Of a stretch of 64,000 bases of DNA, positions 8,495-17,195 are shown in pieces (positions within the stretch are counted from its first letter, which is position 1; the number at the start of each line of letters is the position of its first letter). Source of the DNA: Frankiales bacterium. GTDB lineage: Bacteria; Actinomycetota; Actinomycetes; Mycobacteriales; SCTD01. The notes under the pieces were generated by a model. That model was not told where the DNA came from and searched no databases. It saw only the letters and a program-made list of their open reading frames with translations. A program made the position numbers and the translations under genes. The DNA lies in NCBI GenBank assembly GCA_025965475.1, contig JAOPWV010000147.1, positions 3,617 through 67,616 on the forward strand. The letters are read 5' to 3'.

Positions 8495-9415
8495 ATGCGC
8501 GCCCTGCTCGTGGTCAACCCCAAGGCCACCGCCACGACGCCGAGAGTCCGCGACGTCCTCGCCCATGCCCTGGCCAGCGAGACCAAGCTCGACGTCGTCG
8601 AGACCGACGCGCGCGGCCACGCCACCGAGCTCGCCCGGCAGGCCGCCGTCGACGGGCTCGACCTGGTCGTCGCCCTCGGCGGCGACGGCACGGTCAACGA
8701 GGTCGTCAACGGCCTGCTCGCCGACGGACCCGTGGCCGGGCTGCCCGCCCTGGCGGTGGTCCCTGGCGGCAGCACGAACGTCTTCGCCCGGGCCCTGGGC
8801 CTGCCCGCCGACCCCGTGGAGGCCACCGGGGACCTGCTCGAGGCCCTGCGCGCCGACCGGCGCCGCACCATCGGCCTGGCGCGCGCCGACGAGCGCTGGT
8901 TCACCTTCTGTGCCGGGCTCGGACTCGACGCCACCGTCGTCCGCCGTACCGACCGCCGACGCTCCGACGGACGCGTCGCCCGCCCGGCGCTGTTCGTGAC
9001 CGAGGCGGTCACCGAGTTCGTCACCGGCACCGATCGGCGCCGTCCGGCGCTGACGCTGTCCCGGCCGGGCGCACCGGACGAGCAGCTCGGGCTCGCCCTG
9101 GTCTGCAACGCCGACCCGTGGACCTACTTCGGGGACCGGCCGGTCCGGCCCTGCCCCCGGGCCTCGTTCGAGACCGGGCTCGACGTCTTCGGCCTGCGCA
9201 AGCTCGGCCTGGGTACGACGCTGCGCTACGTCCGCCGGATCCTGTCCCGGAACCCGCGGCTGCGCGGCCGTCGCGTGCTGTCGCTGCACGACGTCGGGGA
9301 GTTCACGCTCACCGCCGACCAGCCGCTGCCCTTCCAGGTGGACGGCGACGACCTCGGGGACCGGACATCGGTCACATTCCGGGCCGTTCCCCGCGCGCTG
9401 AGCCTGCTCGTGTGA
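8495..9415 (+). CDS. Diacylglycerol kinase family lipid kinase
   Basis: MRALLVVNPKA...DLVVALGGDGTVNEVVNGL (DAGK catalytic GGDGT motif). Its position next to whiB1 matches Rv3218 (from memory). Confidence 0.85.
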   Translation: MRALLVVNPKATATTPRVRDVLAHALASETKLDVVETDARGHATELARQAAVDGLDLVVALGGDGTVNEVVNGLLADGPVAGLPALAVVPGGSTNVFARALGLPADPVEATGDLLEALRADRRRTIGLARADERWFTFCAGLGLDATVVRRTDRRRSDGRVARPALFVTEAVTEFVTGTDRRRPALTLSRPGAPDEQLGLALVCNADPWTYFGDRPVRPCPRASFETGLDVFGLRKLGLGTTLRYVRRILSRNPRLRGRRVLSLHDVGEFTLTADQPLPFQVDGDDLGDRTSVTFRAVPRALSLLV

Positions 9416-9434
9416 GAAATCCCGCGGACGCGGG

Positions 9435-9450
9435 AGTGAGGTCGCTCACA
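9435..9450 (+). promoter_or_regulatory. CRP/FNR-type box 1 in the whiB1 upstream region
   Basis: aGTGA-GGTCGC-TCACA (consensus TGTGA-N6-TCACA). It immediately follows a short palindrome TCCCGCG-GA-CGCGGGA (9420-9435) after the kinase stop. Confidence 0.45.
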
Positions 9451-9661
9451 CGGGGGCAAGGCGTCGTCAGCAACGGCCGATAGGGACGTGACGAACCAGA
9501 CACCCGAAGGGCGGCGAAGTATCTCGTGATTGCTTGCCAGTCCGCAGCCCTCGGTGCTTGGGTTGAGAAGCGTCCGGGCAGGGATCTCGTCCCCGCCGCG
9601 GCGCAGTGCTCGACGGAGGGCCGGCTCGGTGTTTTCGCACCGGGCCACGCGTGATGAAGAT

Positions 9662-9677
9662 CGTGAAATCCTTCACA
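9662..9677 (+). promoter_or_regulatory. CRP/FNR-type box 2 in the whiB1 upstream region
   Basis: cGTGA-AATCCT-TCACA, centred ~128 nt upstream of the whiB1 ATG in a visibly less GC-rich stretch. Confidence 0.5.
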
Positions 9678-9797
9678 ATCGACGTCGCTCGGGACACCGC
9701 CCGCTAGAGCACGGCACGACCCCGGGGCACCGAGGCACCAGGGGTGACGAGCGGCCCGCCATGCCAGGCGCGGTCGCCGACGAAGGAGTTGGACCGC

Positions 9798-10049
9798 ATG
9801 GACTGGCGCCACCGCGCGCTCTGCCGTGACGAGGACCCGGAGCTGTTCTTCCCGATCGGGACGACCGGCCCGGCTGCCACGCAGGTGGACGAGGCCAAGC
9901 AGGTCTGCCGTCGCTGTGCGGTCATCGAGGACTGCCTCAGCTGGGCGCTCGAGACCGGCCAGGATGCCGGTGTCTGGGGCGGGACCAGCGAGGACGAGCG
10001 GCGGGCACTCAAGCGCCACGGCGTCACCGTCCAGGCCCAGTCCGCCTAG
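9798..10049 (+). CDS. whiB1: WhiB1/WblE-type Fe-S transcription factor
   Basis: MDWRHRALCRDEDPELFFP...QVCRRCAVIEDCLSWALETGQDAGVWGGTSEDERRALKR carries four Cys and the GVWGG turn. RBS GAAGGAG lies 9 nt upstream. Confidence 0.92.
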   Translation: MDWRHRALCRDEDPELFFPIGTTGPAATQVDEAKQVCRRCAVIEDCLSWALETGQDAGVWGGTSEDERRALKRHGVTVQAQSA

Positions 10050-10071
10050 GTCGGCCTGACCCGACTCCCCC

Positions 10072-10275
10072 GTGGGTGAGCGGTACGTCCGCCCGCCGTT
10101 GGTGCCTCGCGAGGCGCCGGCGGCGTGGCTGGCCGTCTGGCGTTTCCGCCTGACGGTCCTGTTGCTCCTGGCCGTCCTGCTCCTGCTGGTCTACACCGGG
10201 TTCCGGCACTTCTCCGGCGCGGCCAGCCAGAACCCCGGCCTGTCCTCGCTGCGAGCGCTCACCGTCCCGCGCTGA
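10072..10275 (+). CDS. Small membrane protein (hypothetical)
   Basis: 67 codons with very high GC3 and one strong TM segment (WRFRLTVLLLLAVLLLLVYTGF). No clear RBS, and the start is uncertain. Confidence 0.4.
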   Translation: MGERYVRPPLVPREAPAAWLAVWRFRLTVLLLLAVLLLLVYTGFRHFSGAASQNPGLSSLRALTVPR

Positions 10276-10278
10276 CCG

Positions 10279-11742
10279 TCAGGCACTCAGCGGTACGACC
10301 ACGGTCGCCGCGGTTCCGCGGCCCTCTGCGGGCTCGAGGCTGAGACTGCCGCGCAGTTCGCCCTCCACCAGCGTGCGGACGATCTGCAGGCCGAGGCGGG
10401 TGGACGCCGACAGGGCGAAGCCCTCGGGCAGGCCACAGCCGTCGTCCTGGACCACGACCTCCAGCGACGTCCTCGTACGCCGGACACGCACCTCGATGGA
10501 CGACGCCGCGGCGTGCTCGACGCCGTTCTGCACCAGCTCGGTGAGGACCATCGCCATCGGGGTGGCCACCTCGGCCGGCAGCATCCCGAACTCCCCCCGC
10601 CGTACGACGGACACGTCCGCCTCCGGGGCGGCCACCTCCGCGCACATCGCGAGCACCCGGTCGGCGATCTCGTCGAAGCGCACCGACTCGTCGAGCGCCA
10701 GCGACAGCGTCTCGTGCACCATGGCGATCGAGGCCACCCGGCGTACCGACTCCTCCAGCGCGGCACGCGCACCGGGCTCGTCGAGCCGCCGGGCCTGCAG
10801 GCGCAGCAGCGCCGCCACGGTCTGCAGGTTGTTCTTCACCCGGTGGTGGATCTCCCGGATGGTGGCGTCCTTGCCCATGATCTGCCGGTCCCGGCTGCGC
10901 AGCTCGGTCACGTCGCGCATCAGCACCAGGGCGCCGCGCGGCTCGCCGCCCGGCATCAGCGGCAGGGCGCGGATCTGCACGGTCGCGCCCTGCGCCTCGA
11001 CCTCGGATTCGCGGGGCTCGTGGAAGCGCAGGACGGCGGCCAGCGCGGACGAGCCTCGCGGCTCGTCGAGCTCGCCCTCCTGCCTGGTGAGCCGGGCGAT
11101 CGTGCGGCCGAGGTGGGTTCCCACCAGGTCGGCGCTGAGCCCGAGCCGCCGCGACGCCGACAGGGCGTTGGGGCTGGCGTAGACGACGTGCCCGGTCCGG
11201 TCCAGCCGCAGGAAGCCGTCGCCGACCCGGGGCAGGTGCTCAGGCTCCTGGTCCCGGCCCGGAAACGGGAACGTCCCCTCGGACACCATCTGCAACAGCT
11301 CGCCCGCCGAGGTCAGGTAGGACAGCTCCAGCTGGCTGGGCATACGGGCGGCGGCGAGGTTGGTGTCTCGGGAGAGGACAGCGACGAGCTTGTCGCCGCG
11401 CCGGACCGGCACCGCTTCCTGCCGCACCGGCAGCCGGACGCGCCACTCCGGCTCCCCGTCCCGCACGATGCGGCCCTCGCGCCAGGCCCGGTCGACCCGG
11501 TAGTCGAGCTCCTCGTCCAGGGTCGAACCGACGACGTCGAGCGGGTACGCCGTGGGCCCGGTCGTGGGGCGCATGTGCGCGACGGCCAGCCACTGGCCCT
11601 CGTGCGTGCGGACCCAGAGCACCAGGTCTGCGAAGGACAGGTCGGACACGAGCTGCCACTCCGACACCAGCTGGTGCAGCCAGTCGACGTCGTCCTCGGC
11701 GAGGTCGGTACGGGCGCGCACCAGGTCGGACAGAGTCGACAC
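10279..11742 (-). CDS. pdtaS: Sensor histidine kinase PdtaS (GAF-PAS-HisKA_2-HATPase)
   Basis: N-terminus DVDWLHQLVSEWQLVSDLSFADLVLWV, H-box IREIHHRVKNNLQTVAALLRLQAR, and a C-terminal ATPase GCGLPEGF. Adjacent to whiB1, as Rv3220c is. Confidence 0.88.
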   Translation of the reverse strand: MSTLSDLVRARTDLAEDDVDWLHQLVSEWQLVSDLSFADLVLWVRTHEGQWLAVAHMRPTTGPTAYPLDVVGSTLDEELDYRVDRAWREGRIVRDGEPEWRVRLPVRQEAVPVRRGDKLVAVLSRDTNLAAARMPSQLELSYLTSAGELLQMVSEGTFPFPGRDQEPEHLPRVGDGFLRLDRTGHVVYASPNALSASRRLGLSADLVGTHLGRTIARLTRQEGELDEPRGSSALAAVLRFHEPRESEVEAQGATVQIRALPLMPGGEPRGALVLMRDVTELRSRDRQIMGKDATIREIHHRVKNNLQTVAALLRLQARRLDEPGARAALEESVRRVASIAMVHETLSLALDESVRFDEIADRVLAMCAEVAAPEADVSVVRRGEFGMLPAEVATPMAMVLTELVQNGVEHAAASSIEVRVRRTRTSLEVVVQDDGCGLPEGFALSASTRLGLQIVRTLVEGELRGSLSLEPAEGRGTAATVVVPLSA

Positions 11743-11797
11743 CCGGCCAGCCTAGGGCGGGGCGGGTGCGCCGTCCGGGGGACCGGCCGGGGGCTGC

Positions 11798-12127
11798 CTA
11801 GGCGGCCGTGAGCAGCTCCAGCCGGCCGAACAGCCAGGACAGGCCGTCGGGGTCCGTCCGGGCAACGCGCCAGCCCTCGAGCAGCGCGTCCACGGCCTGC
11901 TCGTCGCGCAGGACGGCCAGCACGGACACGTCCGTGCACGACCCGTCGTAGCCGTCGGCCCGGCACAGGTACAGCTCGCCGGTGTCGCGGATCCAGGCCA
12001 GCCGGAAGGCGTCGTTGGAGGTGGCGTCGCGCCAGGTCGCACCGAAGTCGACCTCGGCGGACAGTCGCCGCTGGTGGTCGTCCGCGTGGAACGCCTGCTC
12101 GTCGGGCCAGGTCTGCAGTGCGCGCAC
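11798..12127 (-). CDS. Conserved hypothetical protein
   Basis: 109 codons. GTG start is preceded by GGAGG 5 nt upstream. High GC3. No recognisable motif. Confidence 0.65.
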   Translation of the reverse strand: MRALQTWPDEQAFHADDHQRRLSAEVDFGATWRDATSNDAFRLAWIRDTGELYLCRADGYDGSCTDVSVLAVLRDEQAVDALLEGWRVARTDPDGLSWLFGRLELLTAA

Positions 12128-12275
12128 AGGAACCTCCGGAGTGTTGCGGCGGCGGTACCGCCGTGCGACACAGGTTCCCCGCCGCGGCTTGCCGCAACCT
12201 GGACAGCAGTTGGACAGCGGCTGTCATCTGGACCTTGCCCCCGTGATCCAGAACCGACCTGGCAGGATCTCGGGC

Positions 12276-13286
12276 ATGACCGAACTGCTGGACCGCACCG
12301 ACCTGCTGACCCTTCTGCGCGAGCAGGTCCTCGACCGAGGCGTGGGACTGACCGAGGAGCAGGCACTCGCCTGCCTGTCCCTGCCGGACGACCGGCTGCC
12401 GGACCTGCTCCAGCTCGCCCACGAGGTGCGGATGCGCCACTGCGGGCCCGAGGTCGAGGTCGAGGGCATCATCAGCCTCAAGACCGGCGGCTGCCCGGAG
12501 GACTGCCACTTCTGCAGCCAGTCGGGGTTGTTCCCCTCCCCCGTACGGGCGGCCTGGCTCGACATCCCGTCCCTGGTCAAGGCCGCCGTCGAGACCGCGG
12601 CCACCGGAGCGACCGAGTTCTGCATCGTCGCCGCCGTCCGCGGGCCGGACGAGAAGCTCATGGCCCAGGTGCGTGCGGGGGTGGCCGCGATCCGCGAGGC
12701 CGTCGACATCCAGGTCGCCTGCTCGCTCGGGATGCTGAGCCAGGAGCAGGTCGACGACCTCACCGCGATGGGCGTGCACCGCTACAACCACAACCTCGAG
12801 ACCGCCCGCTCGCACTTCCCGAACGTCGTCACCACCCACACCTGGGAGGAGCGCTTCGAGACGCTGCGCATGGTCCGGGAGGCCGGCATGGAGGTCTGCT
12901 GCGGCGGCATCCTCGGCATGGGCGAGACGCTCGCGCAGCGCGCGGAGTTCGCCCTGCAGCTCGCCGCTCTCGAGCCCGACGAGGTCCCCCTGAACTTCCT
13001 CAACCCGCGCCCGGGCACGCCGTTCGGCGACCTGCCGGTCATGGAGGCCAACGACGCCCTACGGGCGATCGCGGTGTTCCGGCTCGCGCTTCCGCGCACG
13101 ATCCTGCGGTTCGCCGGCGGCCGGGAGATCACCCTCGGCGACCTGGCCCGCGACGGCATGCTCGGCGGCATCAACGCGGTCATCGTCGGCAACTACCTCA
13201 CGACGCTGGGCCGCCCCGCCACCGAGGACCTCGACATGCTCACCGACCTGTCGATGCCGATCAAGGCCCTGTCCCAGACGCTCTAG
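12276..13286 (+). CDS. bioB: Biotin synthase
   Basis: Radical-SAM [12 protein letters not shown], plus [17 protein letters not shown] and AGGRE motifs. 336 aa from the MTELLDR start. Confidence 0.92.
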   Translation: MTELLDRTDLLTLLREQVLDRGVGLTEEQALACLSLPDDRLPDLLQLAHEVRMRHCGPEVEVEGIISLKTGGCPEDCHFCSQSGLFPSPVRAAWLDIPSLVKAAVETAATGATEFCIVAAVRGPDEKLMAQVRAGVAAIREAVDIQVACSLGMLSQEQVDDLTAMGVHRYNHNLETARSHFPNVVTTHTWEERFETLRMVREAGMEVCCGGILGMGETLAQRAEFALQLAALEPDEVPLNFLNPRPGTPFGDLPVMEANDALRAIAVFRLALPRTILRFAGGREITLGDLARDGMLGGINAVIVGNYLTTLGRPATEDLDMLTDLSMPIKALSQTL

Positions 13287-13858
13287 TGCGCTGTTTCGGG
13301 GACGGCGACCCGGTCTACGAGCGCTACCACGATTTCGAGTGGGGCCGTCCCCGGCGCACCGAGCAACCGCTGTACGAGAAGCTCTGCCTCGAGGGGTTCC
13401 AGGCGGGCCTGTCCTGGATCACCGTCCTGCGCAAGCGGGAGGCGCTGCGCGAGGTCTTCGCCGGCTTCGACCCGGATGCCGTCGCGGCGTACGACGACGT
13501 CGACCACCTGCTGACCGACGCGCGCCTGATCCGGTCCCGGGCCAAGCTGACGGCCTGCGTGCGCAACGCCCGCGCGACGGTCGCCCTGCGGGCCGACGGC
13601 GGTCTGGCCGAGCTGCTGTGGGCGGCGGCCGAGCAGCCCTCCCCGGCGTACGACAGCTGGGGCGATGTGCCGGCCTCGACCCTCTCCTCCGCCGCGCTGG
13701 CGAAGCAGCTCAAGCGGGCCGGCTTCACCTTCGTCGGGCCGACGACGGTCTACTCGCTGATGCAGGCGTGCGGTCTCGTGAACGACCACCTGAACGGCTG
13801 TCCGGTGCGCGCCGAGGTGGAGGCCGAGCGGGTGGCGCTCAGCGCAGCACCCCGGTGA
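13286..13858 (+). CDS. tag: DNA-3-methyladenine glycosylase I
   Basis: YHDFEWGRP, LCLEGFQAGLSWITVLRKR, GPTTVYSLMQACGLVNDH. The GTG shares its first base with the bioB TAG stop. Confidence 0.88.
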   Translation: MRCFGDGDPVYERYHDFEWGRPRRTEQPLYEKLCLEGFQAGLSWITVLRKREALREVFAGFDPDAVAAYDDVDHLLTDARLIRSRAKLTACVRNARATVALRADGGLAELLWAAAEQPSPAYDSWGDVPASTLSSAALAKQLKRAGFTFVGPTTVYSLMQACGLVNDHLNGCPVRAEVEAERVALSAAPR

Positions 13859-13940
13859 GGTAGAGCAGGACCAGGGTCACCACCGCTGACAGCAGCAGGC
13901 TGGGCAGGCAGCCGAACTTGGTGGAGAAGAAAAGGAACAT
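13839..13940 (-). CDS. 33-aa hydrophobic micro-ORF (hypothetical)
   Basis: MFLFFSTKFGCLPSLLLSAVVTLVLLYLTGVLR. 31 of 33 codons end in G/C. It lies 27 nt downstream of the AraC-family gene on the same strand. Below the ORF-track cutoff. Confidence 0.4.
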   Translation of the reverse strand: MFLFFSTKFGCLPSLLLSAVVTLVLLYLTGVLR

Positions 13941-13967
13941 TTCCCGCCCCTACCCGGTCCGGCTCGA

Positions 13968-14927
13968 CTATCCCGCCGCGCGGAAGGTCCGTGCGTACGC
14001 CGACGGCGACGTGCCGCGCTGCCGGGCGAACTGCGCACGCAGCGTCGCCGCGCTGCCGAAGCCCGCCCGCCGGGCGACCTCCTCCACCGATGTGCCCCGC
14101 TCCAGCAGCCGCTGCGCGTGGGCCAGCCGCTGGCCGAGCAGCCAGCGGTGCGGCGTGGTGCCGGTGACCTCCCGGAAGCGCCGGGCGAACGTCCGCGGGC
14201 TCATGTGCGCCCTGGCCGCCAGCACCTCCACCGGCAGGCTCTGGTCGAGCCGGGTGACCGCCCAGTCCAGCACCCCGGCCAGCTCGTCGGCACCGGCATG
14301 GCGCTGCCGCGGCACCGGCGCCTCGACGTACTGCGCCTGACCACCGTCCCGGTGCGGCGGGACGACCATCCGCCGAGCCACCGCGTTGGCCACCTCCGCG
14401 CCGTGCTCGAGCCGCACGAGATGCAGGCACGCGTCGATGCCGGCGGCCGTCCCGGCGCTGGTGATCAGCTGGCCCTCGTCCACGTAGAGCACCGCGTCGT
14501 CGACCTGGACGAGCGGGTAGGCGGCGGCGAGCTCGGCGGCGTACCGCCAGTGCGTCGCGGCCCGCCGCCCGTCGAGCAGGCCGGCCTGCGCCAGCAGGAA
14601 GGCGCCGCTGCAGACGCTGAGGATGCGGGCGCCGCGGGCGACGGCGTCGCGCAGGGCCTGCAGCAGCGGCTCGGGGGCGGTGCGGTAGACGCGCCAGGCC
14701 GGGATGCAGATCAGGTCCGCGGTGGCGAGCCGGTCCAGGCGGTGCGGGGTGTCGATGGTGAACCCGCCGGTCGCCCGCAGCGGCGGCTCGTCCACCGCGA
14801 CGAGCGCGAAGTCGTACGTCGGCAACCCCTGGTCGGACCGGTCGAGCGCGAACACCTCGCAGACCACGCCGAGTTCGAAGGTCGCGATCTCGTCGACCAC
14901 GACGGCACACACGTCTTTGAGGACCAT
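13968..14927 (-). CDS. GlxA-family transcriptional regulator (DJ-1/PfpI domain + AraC HTH)
   Basis: N-terminal GATase1-like domain ([30 protein letters not shown]) and a C-terminal AraC HTH ([35 protein letters not shown]). Confidence 0.85.
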   Translation of the reverse strand: [319 protein letters not shown]

Positions 14928-15138
14928 GACCGCAGTGTGGCAGATAATGAGCGGTCATGCGCAGTCCTGCCACTCGTCCCGGTGGACGGGCGGCGCGACA
15001 GTCCACGCATGACGATCACCGTGCTTGTCCTCCTGGTCCTGCTCGCCACCCTCGTCGGCGCCGACTCACGCGACGGCCGGGACTGGAGACGACCCACCCC
15101 GCGGTGGCCGGAACGCGACGTTGCGGTAGACACGGGGC

Positions 15139-15810
15139 GTGCCAACCTCGACCGCCTTCGTCCGCCGCGCGGAGCCCTCGGAGTACGACGGCGTCGCCGA
15201 GCTGACCGCGCGGGTCTACGTGTCGGAGGGGTACGCCTCCTCCGGCTACGAGGACGCGCTACGGCAGGTGGCCAGCCGTGACCGATCCGCACAGGTGCTC
15301 GTCGCACTCGTCGACGGGGCGGTTGCCGGCGCGGTGACCGTGGCCACGCGGGGCGGCGAGTGGGCCGAGCAGGCGGTGCCGGGCGAGGCGGTCATCCGGA
15401 TGCTCGTCGTGGACCCGGCCGTCCGCGGGTCCGGGACCGGCGCGGCGCTGGTCCGCGCCTGCATCGAGCGGGCCCGGGAGGACGGCTGCGGGGTCGTACG
15501 CCTGTCGACCGACCCCTCGATGACCACGGCGCACCGGCTGTACGAGCGGATCGGGTTCGCGCGGACGCCGTCGTACGACTGGGAGCCACTGCCGGGCCTA
15601 CGGCTGCTGGGCTACGCACTGGCGCTGCTGCCCTGGTGCGACCAGTGCGGCGAGGCGCTCAGCCCGGAGGGGCACGACCGGTGCCGGCGGATGGCCGAGC
15701 TCGACCCGCCCCGCTGGTGCGCGCAGTGCCGCCGCCGCATGGTCGTGCAGGTGACCCCGACCGGCTGGACCGCGAAGTGCGTGGAGCACGGGGTCCGCAG
15801 CAGCAGCTAG
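15139..15810 (+). CDS. GNAT acetyltransferase fused to a C-terminal Cys-rich zinc-ribbon (BsaP-like) module
   Basis: GNAT core ([26 protein letters not shown]) is followed by [45 protein letters not shown] start. Confidence 0.75.
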   Translation: MPTSTAFVRRAEPSEYDGVAELTARVYVSEGYASSGYEDALRQVASRDRSAQVLVALVDGAVAGAVTVATRGGEWAEQAVPGEAVIRMLVVDPAVRGSGTGAALVRACIERAREDGCGVVRLSTDPSMTTAHRLYERIGFARTPSYDWEPLPGLRLLGYALALLPWCDQCGEALSPEGHDRCRRMAELDPPRWCAQCRRRMVVQVTPTGWTAKCVEHGVRSSS

Positions 15811-16886
15811 GCGACGAGCCCCAGCCGGCGCAGCTCCACGGTGAGGTCGTGCGGCGACGTGCTCGCGGCCAGCCCGGCCTCCAGCGTGATCACGCCGTCG
15901 CGGATGAGCGTCACCAGGTGCTGGTCGAACGTCTGCATGCCGTAGTAGCCGCCCTCGGCGATGAGCTGAGGCAGCGTCGTGGTCTTGTCGGGGTCGATGA
16001 TCGCGTCCGCGATCCGGCCGGTGTTGACGGCGATCTCCATGACCACGCAGCGGCCTTCGCCGTCAGCGCGCGGGACCAGGCGCTGGCAGATGATGCCGCG
16101 CAGCGCGCCGGCGAGCGCGAGCCGGACCTGCTTCTGCTCGTGCGGCGGGAAGAAGTCGATGACCCGGTTGATCGTCTCCGCAGCGTCCGTCGTGTGCAGG
16201 GTCGACAGCACGAAGTGGCCGGTCTCCGCCGCGGCCAGACCGGCCTTCACCGTCTCGTGGTCGCGCATCTCCCCGACGAGGATGACGTCGGGGTCCTGCC
16301 GCATGGCGGCGCGCATCGCGGTGACGAAGTCCTCGGTGTCGACCCGGACCTCGCGCTGGTTGATCATGCCCAGCTTGTCGAAGTGCAGGACCTCGATCGG
16401 GTCCTCGATCGTGACGATGTGCACTTCCTTGTTGCTGTTGACGTGGTCGATCATCCCGGCCAGCGTCGTCGTCTTGCCCGAGCCCGTGGGGCCCGTCACG
16501 AGGACCAGGCCGCGCGGCTCCATGGCCAGCGCGGCGAGGACCGACGGCAGCCCCAGGTCGCTGAGGGGGATGGCTCCGACGCTCACCCGGCGGAAGACCA
16601 GGCCGCAGGCGCCGCGGGCGCGGAACGCATTGACGCGGAAGCGCCCGACGCCGGGCAGCGCGTAGGCGAAGTCGGCCTCGTTCGTCCGCTGGAACTCCGC
16701 CACGAGGTCCTCACGCAGGACCTCCTCGACCATCTGCGAGGTGTCGTCGGCGGTCAGGTCGGCCGTCTGCAGCTTGCGCAGCCGCCCGTCGATGCGGACG
16801 CGGGGCGGCGAGCCGACCTTGCAGTGCAGATCCGAGCCGCCGCTCTCGACCAGCGCGCGCAGGAACGGCTCGAGGGAGATCGTCAC
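15807..16886 (-). CDS. pilT: Type IV pilus retraction ATPase PilT-like
   Basis: [17 protein letters not shown], Walker [25 protein letters not shown], Walker [29 protein letters not shown]. 359 aa. Confidence 0.88.
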   Translation of the reverse strand: MTISLEPFLRALVESGGSDLHCKVGSPPRVRIDGRLRKLQTADLTADDTSQMVEEVLREDLVAEFQRTNEADFAYALPGVGRFRVNAFRARGACGLVFRRVSVGAIPLSDLGLPSVLAALAMEPRGLVLVTGPTGSGKTTTLAGMIDHVNSNKEVHIVTIEDPIEVLHFDKLGMINQREVRVDTEDFVTAMRAAMRQDPDVILVGEMRDHETVKAGLAAAETGHFVLSTLHTTDAAETINRVIDFFPPHEQKQVRLALAGALRGIICQRLVPRADGEGRCVVMEIAVNTGRIADAIIDPDKTTTLPQLIAEGGYYGMQTFDQHLVTLIRDGVITLEAGLAASTSPHDLTVELRRLGLVA

Positions 16887-16934
16887 CCTCGGGTCTTCGG
16901 CGCGTCGGCCCTCCGGCTTGAAGGCCGGTTGGAC

Positions 16935-17147
16935 TCAGCCGATCTCGGCGATGAGGTCGCCCTCCTGGACGACGTCGCCCTCCGCGACCGCGAGGCGCGT
17001 CACCGCGCCGGCGTTCTCGGCCAGCACCGGGATCTCCATCTTCATGGACTCGAGGATGACCAGGGTGTCTCCGTCGGCAACCGTGTCACCCTCGGCGACC
17101 ACGGTCTTCCACACGTTGGCCACCATCTCGGCGCGAACCTCGGCCAT
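16935..17147 (-). CDS. Stand-alone 70-aa biotinyl/lipoyl carrier domain protein (TB7.3-type)
   Basis: GDTLVILESMKMEIPVLAENAGAVTRLAVAEGDVVQEGDLIAEI contains the canonical E-S-M-K-M biotinylation motif. Confidence 0.85.
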   Translation of the reverse strand: MAEVRAEMVANVWKTVVAEGDTVADGDTLVILESMKMEIPVLAENAGAVTRLAVAEGDVVQEGDLIAEIG

Positions 17148-17195
17148 GGGGTCTCCTCAAGTCGGGGGGGTGGCGCGACCCTAGCGGGTCGGTGA

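Noticed and set aside
12128-12275. Nested inverted repeats (AGGAACC...GGTTCC, GGCGGTACCGCC) upstream of bioB, as a possible BioQ/BirA operator.
   Set aside because: The left arm overlaps the RBS and start of the divergent hypothetical gene. The motif does not resemble the TGAAC-N3-GTTCA BioQ box I remember. Left unannotated.
15009-15281. TM-like small ORF MTITVLVLLVLLATLVGADSRDGRDW... in the AraC/GNAT divergent spacer.
   Set aside because: No RBS. GC3 collapses after ~26 codons while the frame stays open for 91 codons, and it would overlap the GNAT gene by ~140 nt. More likely a chance open frame.
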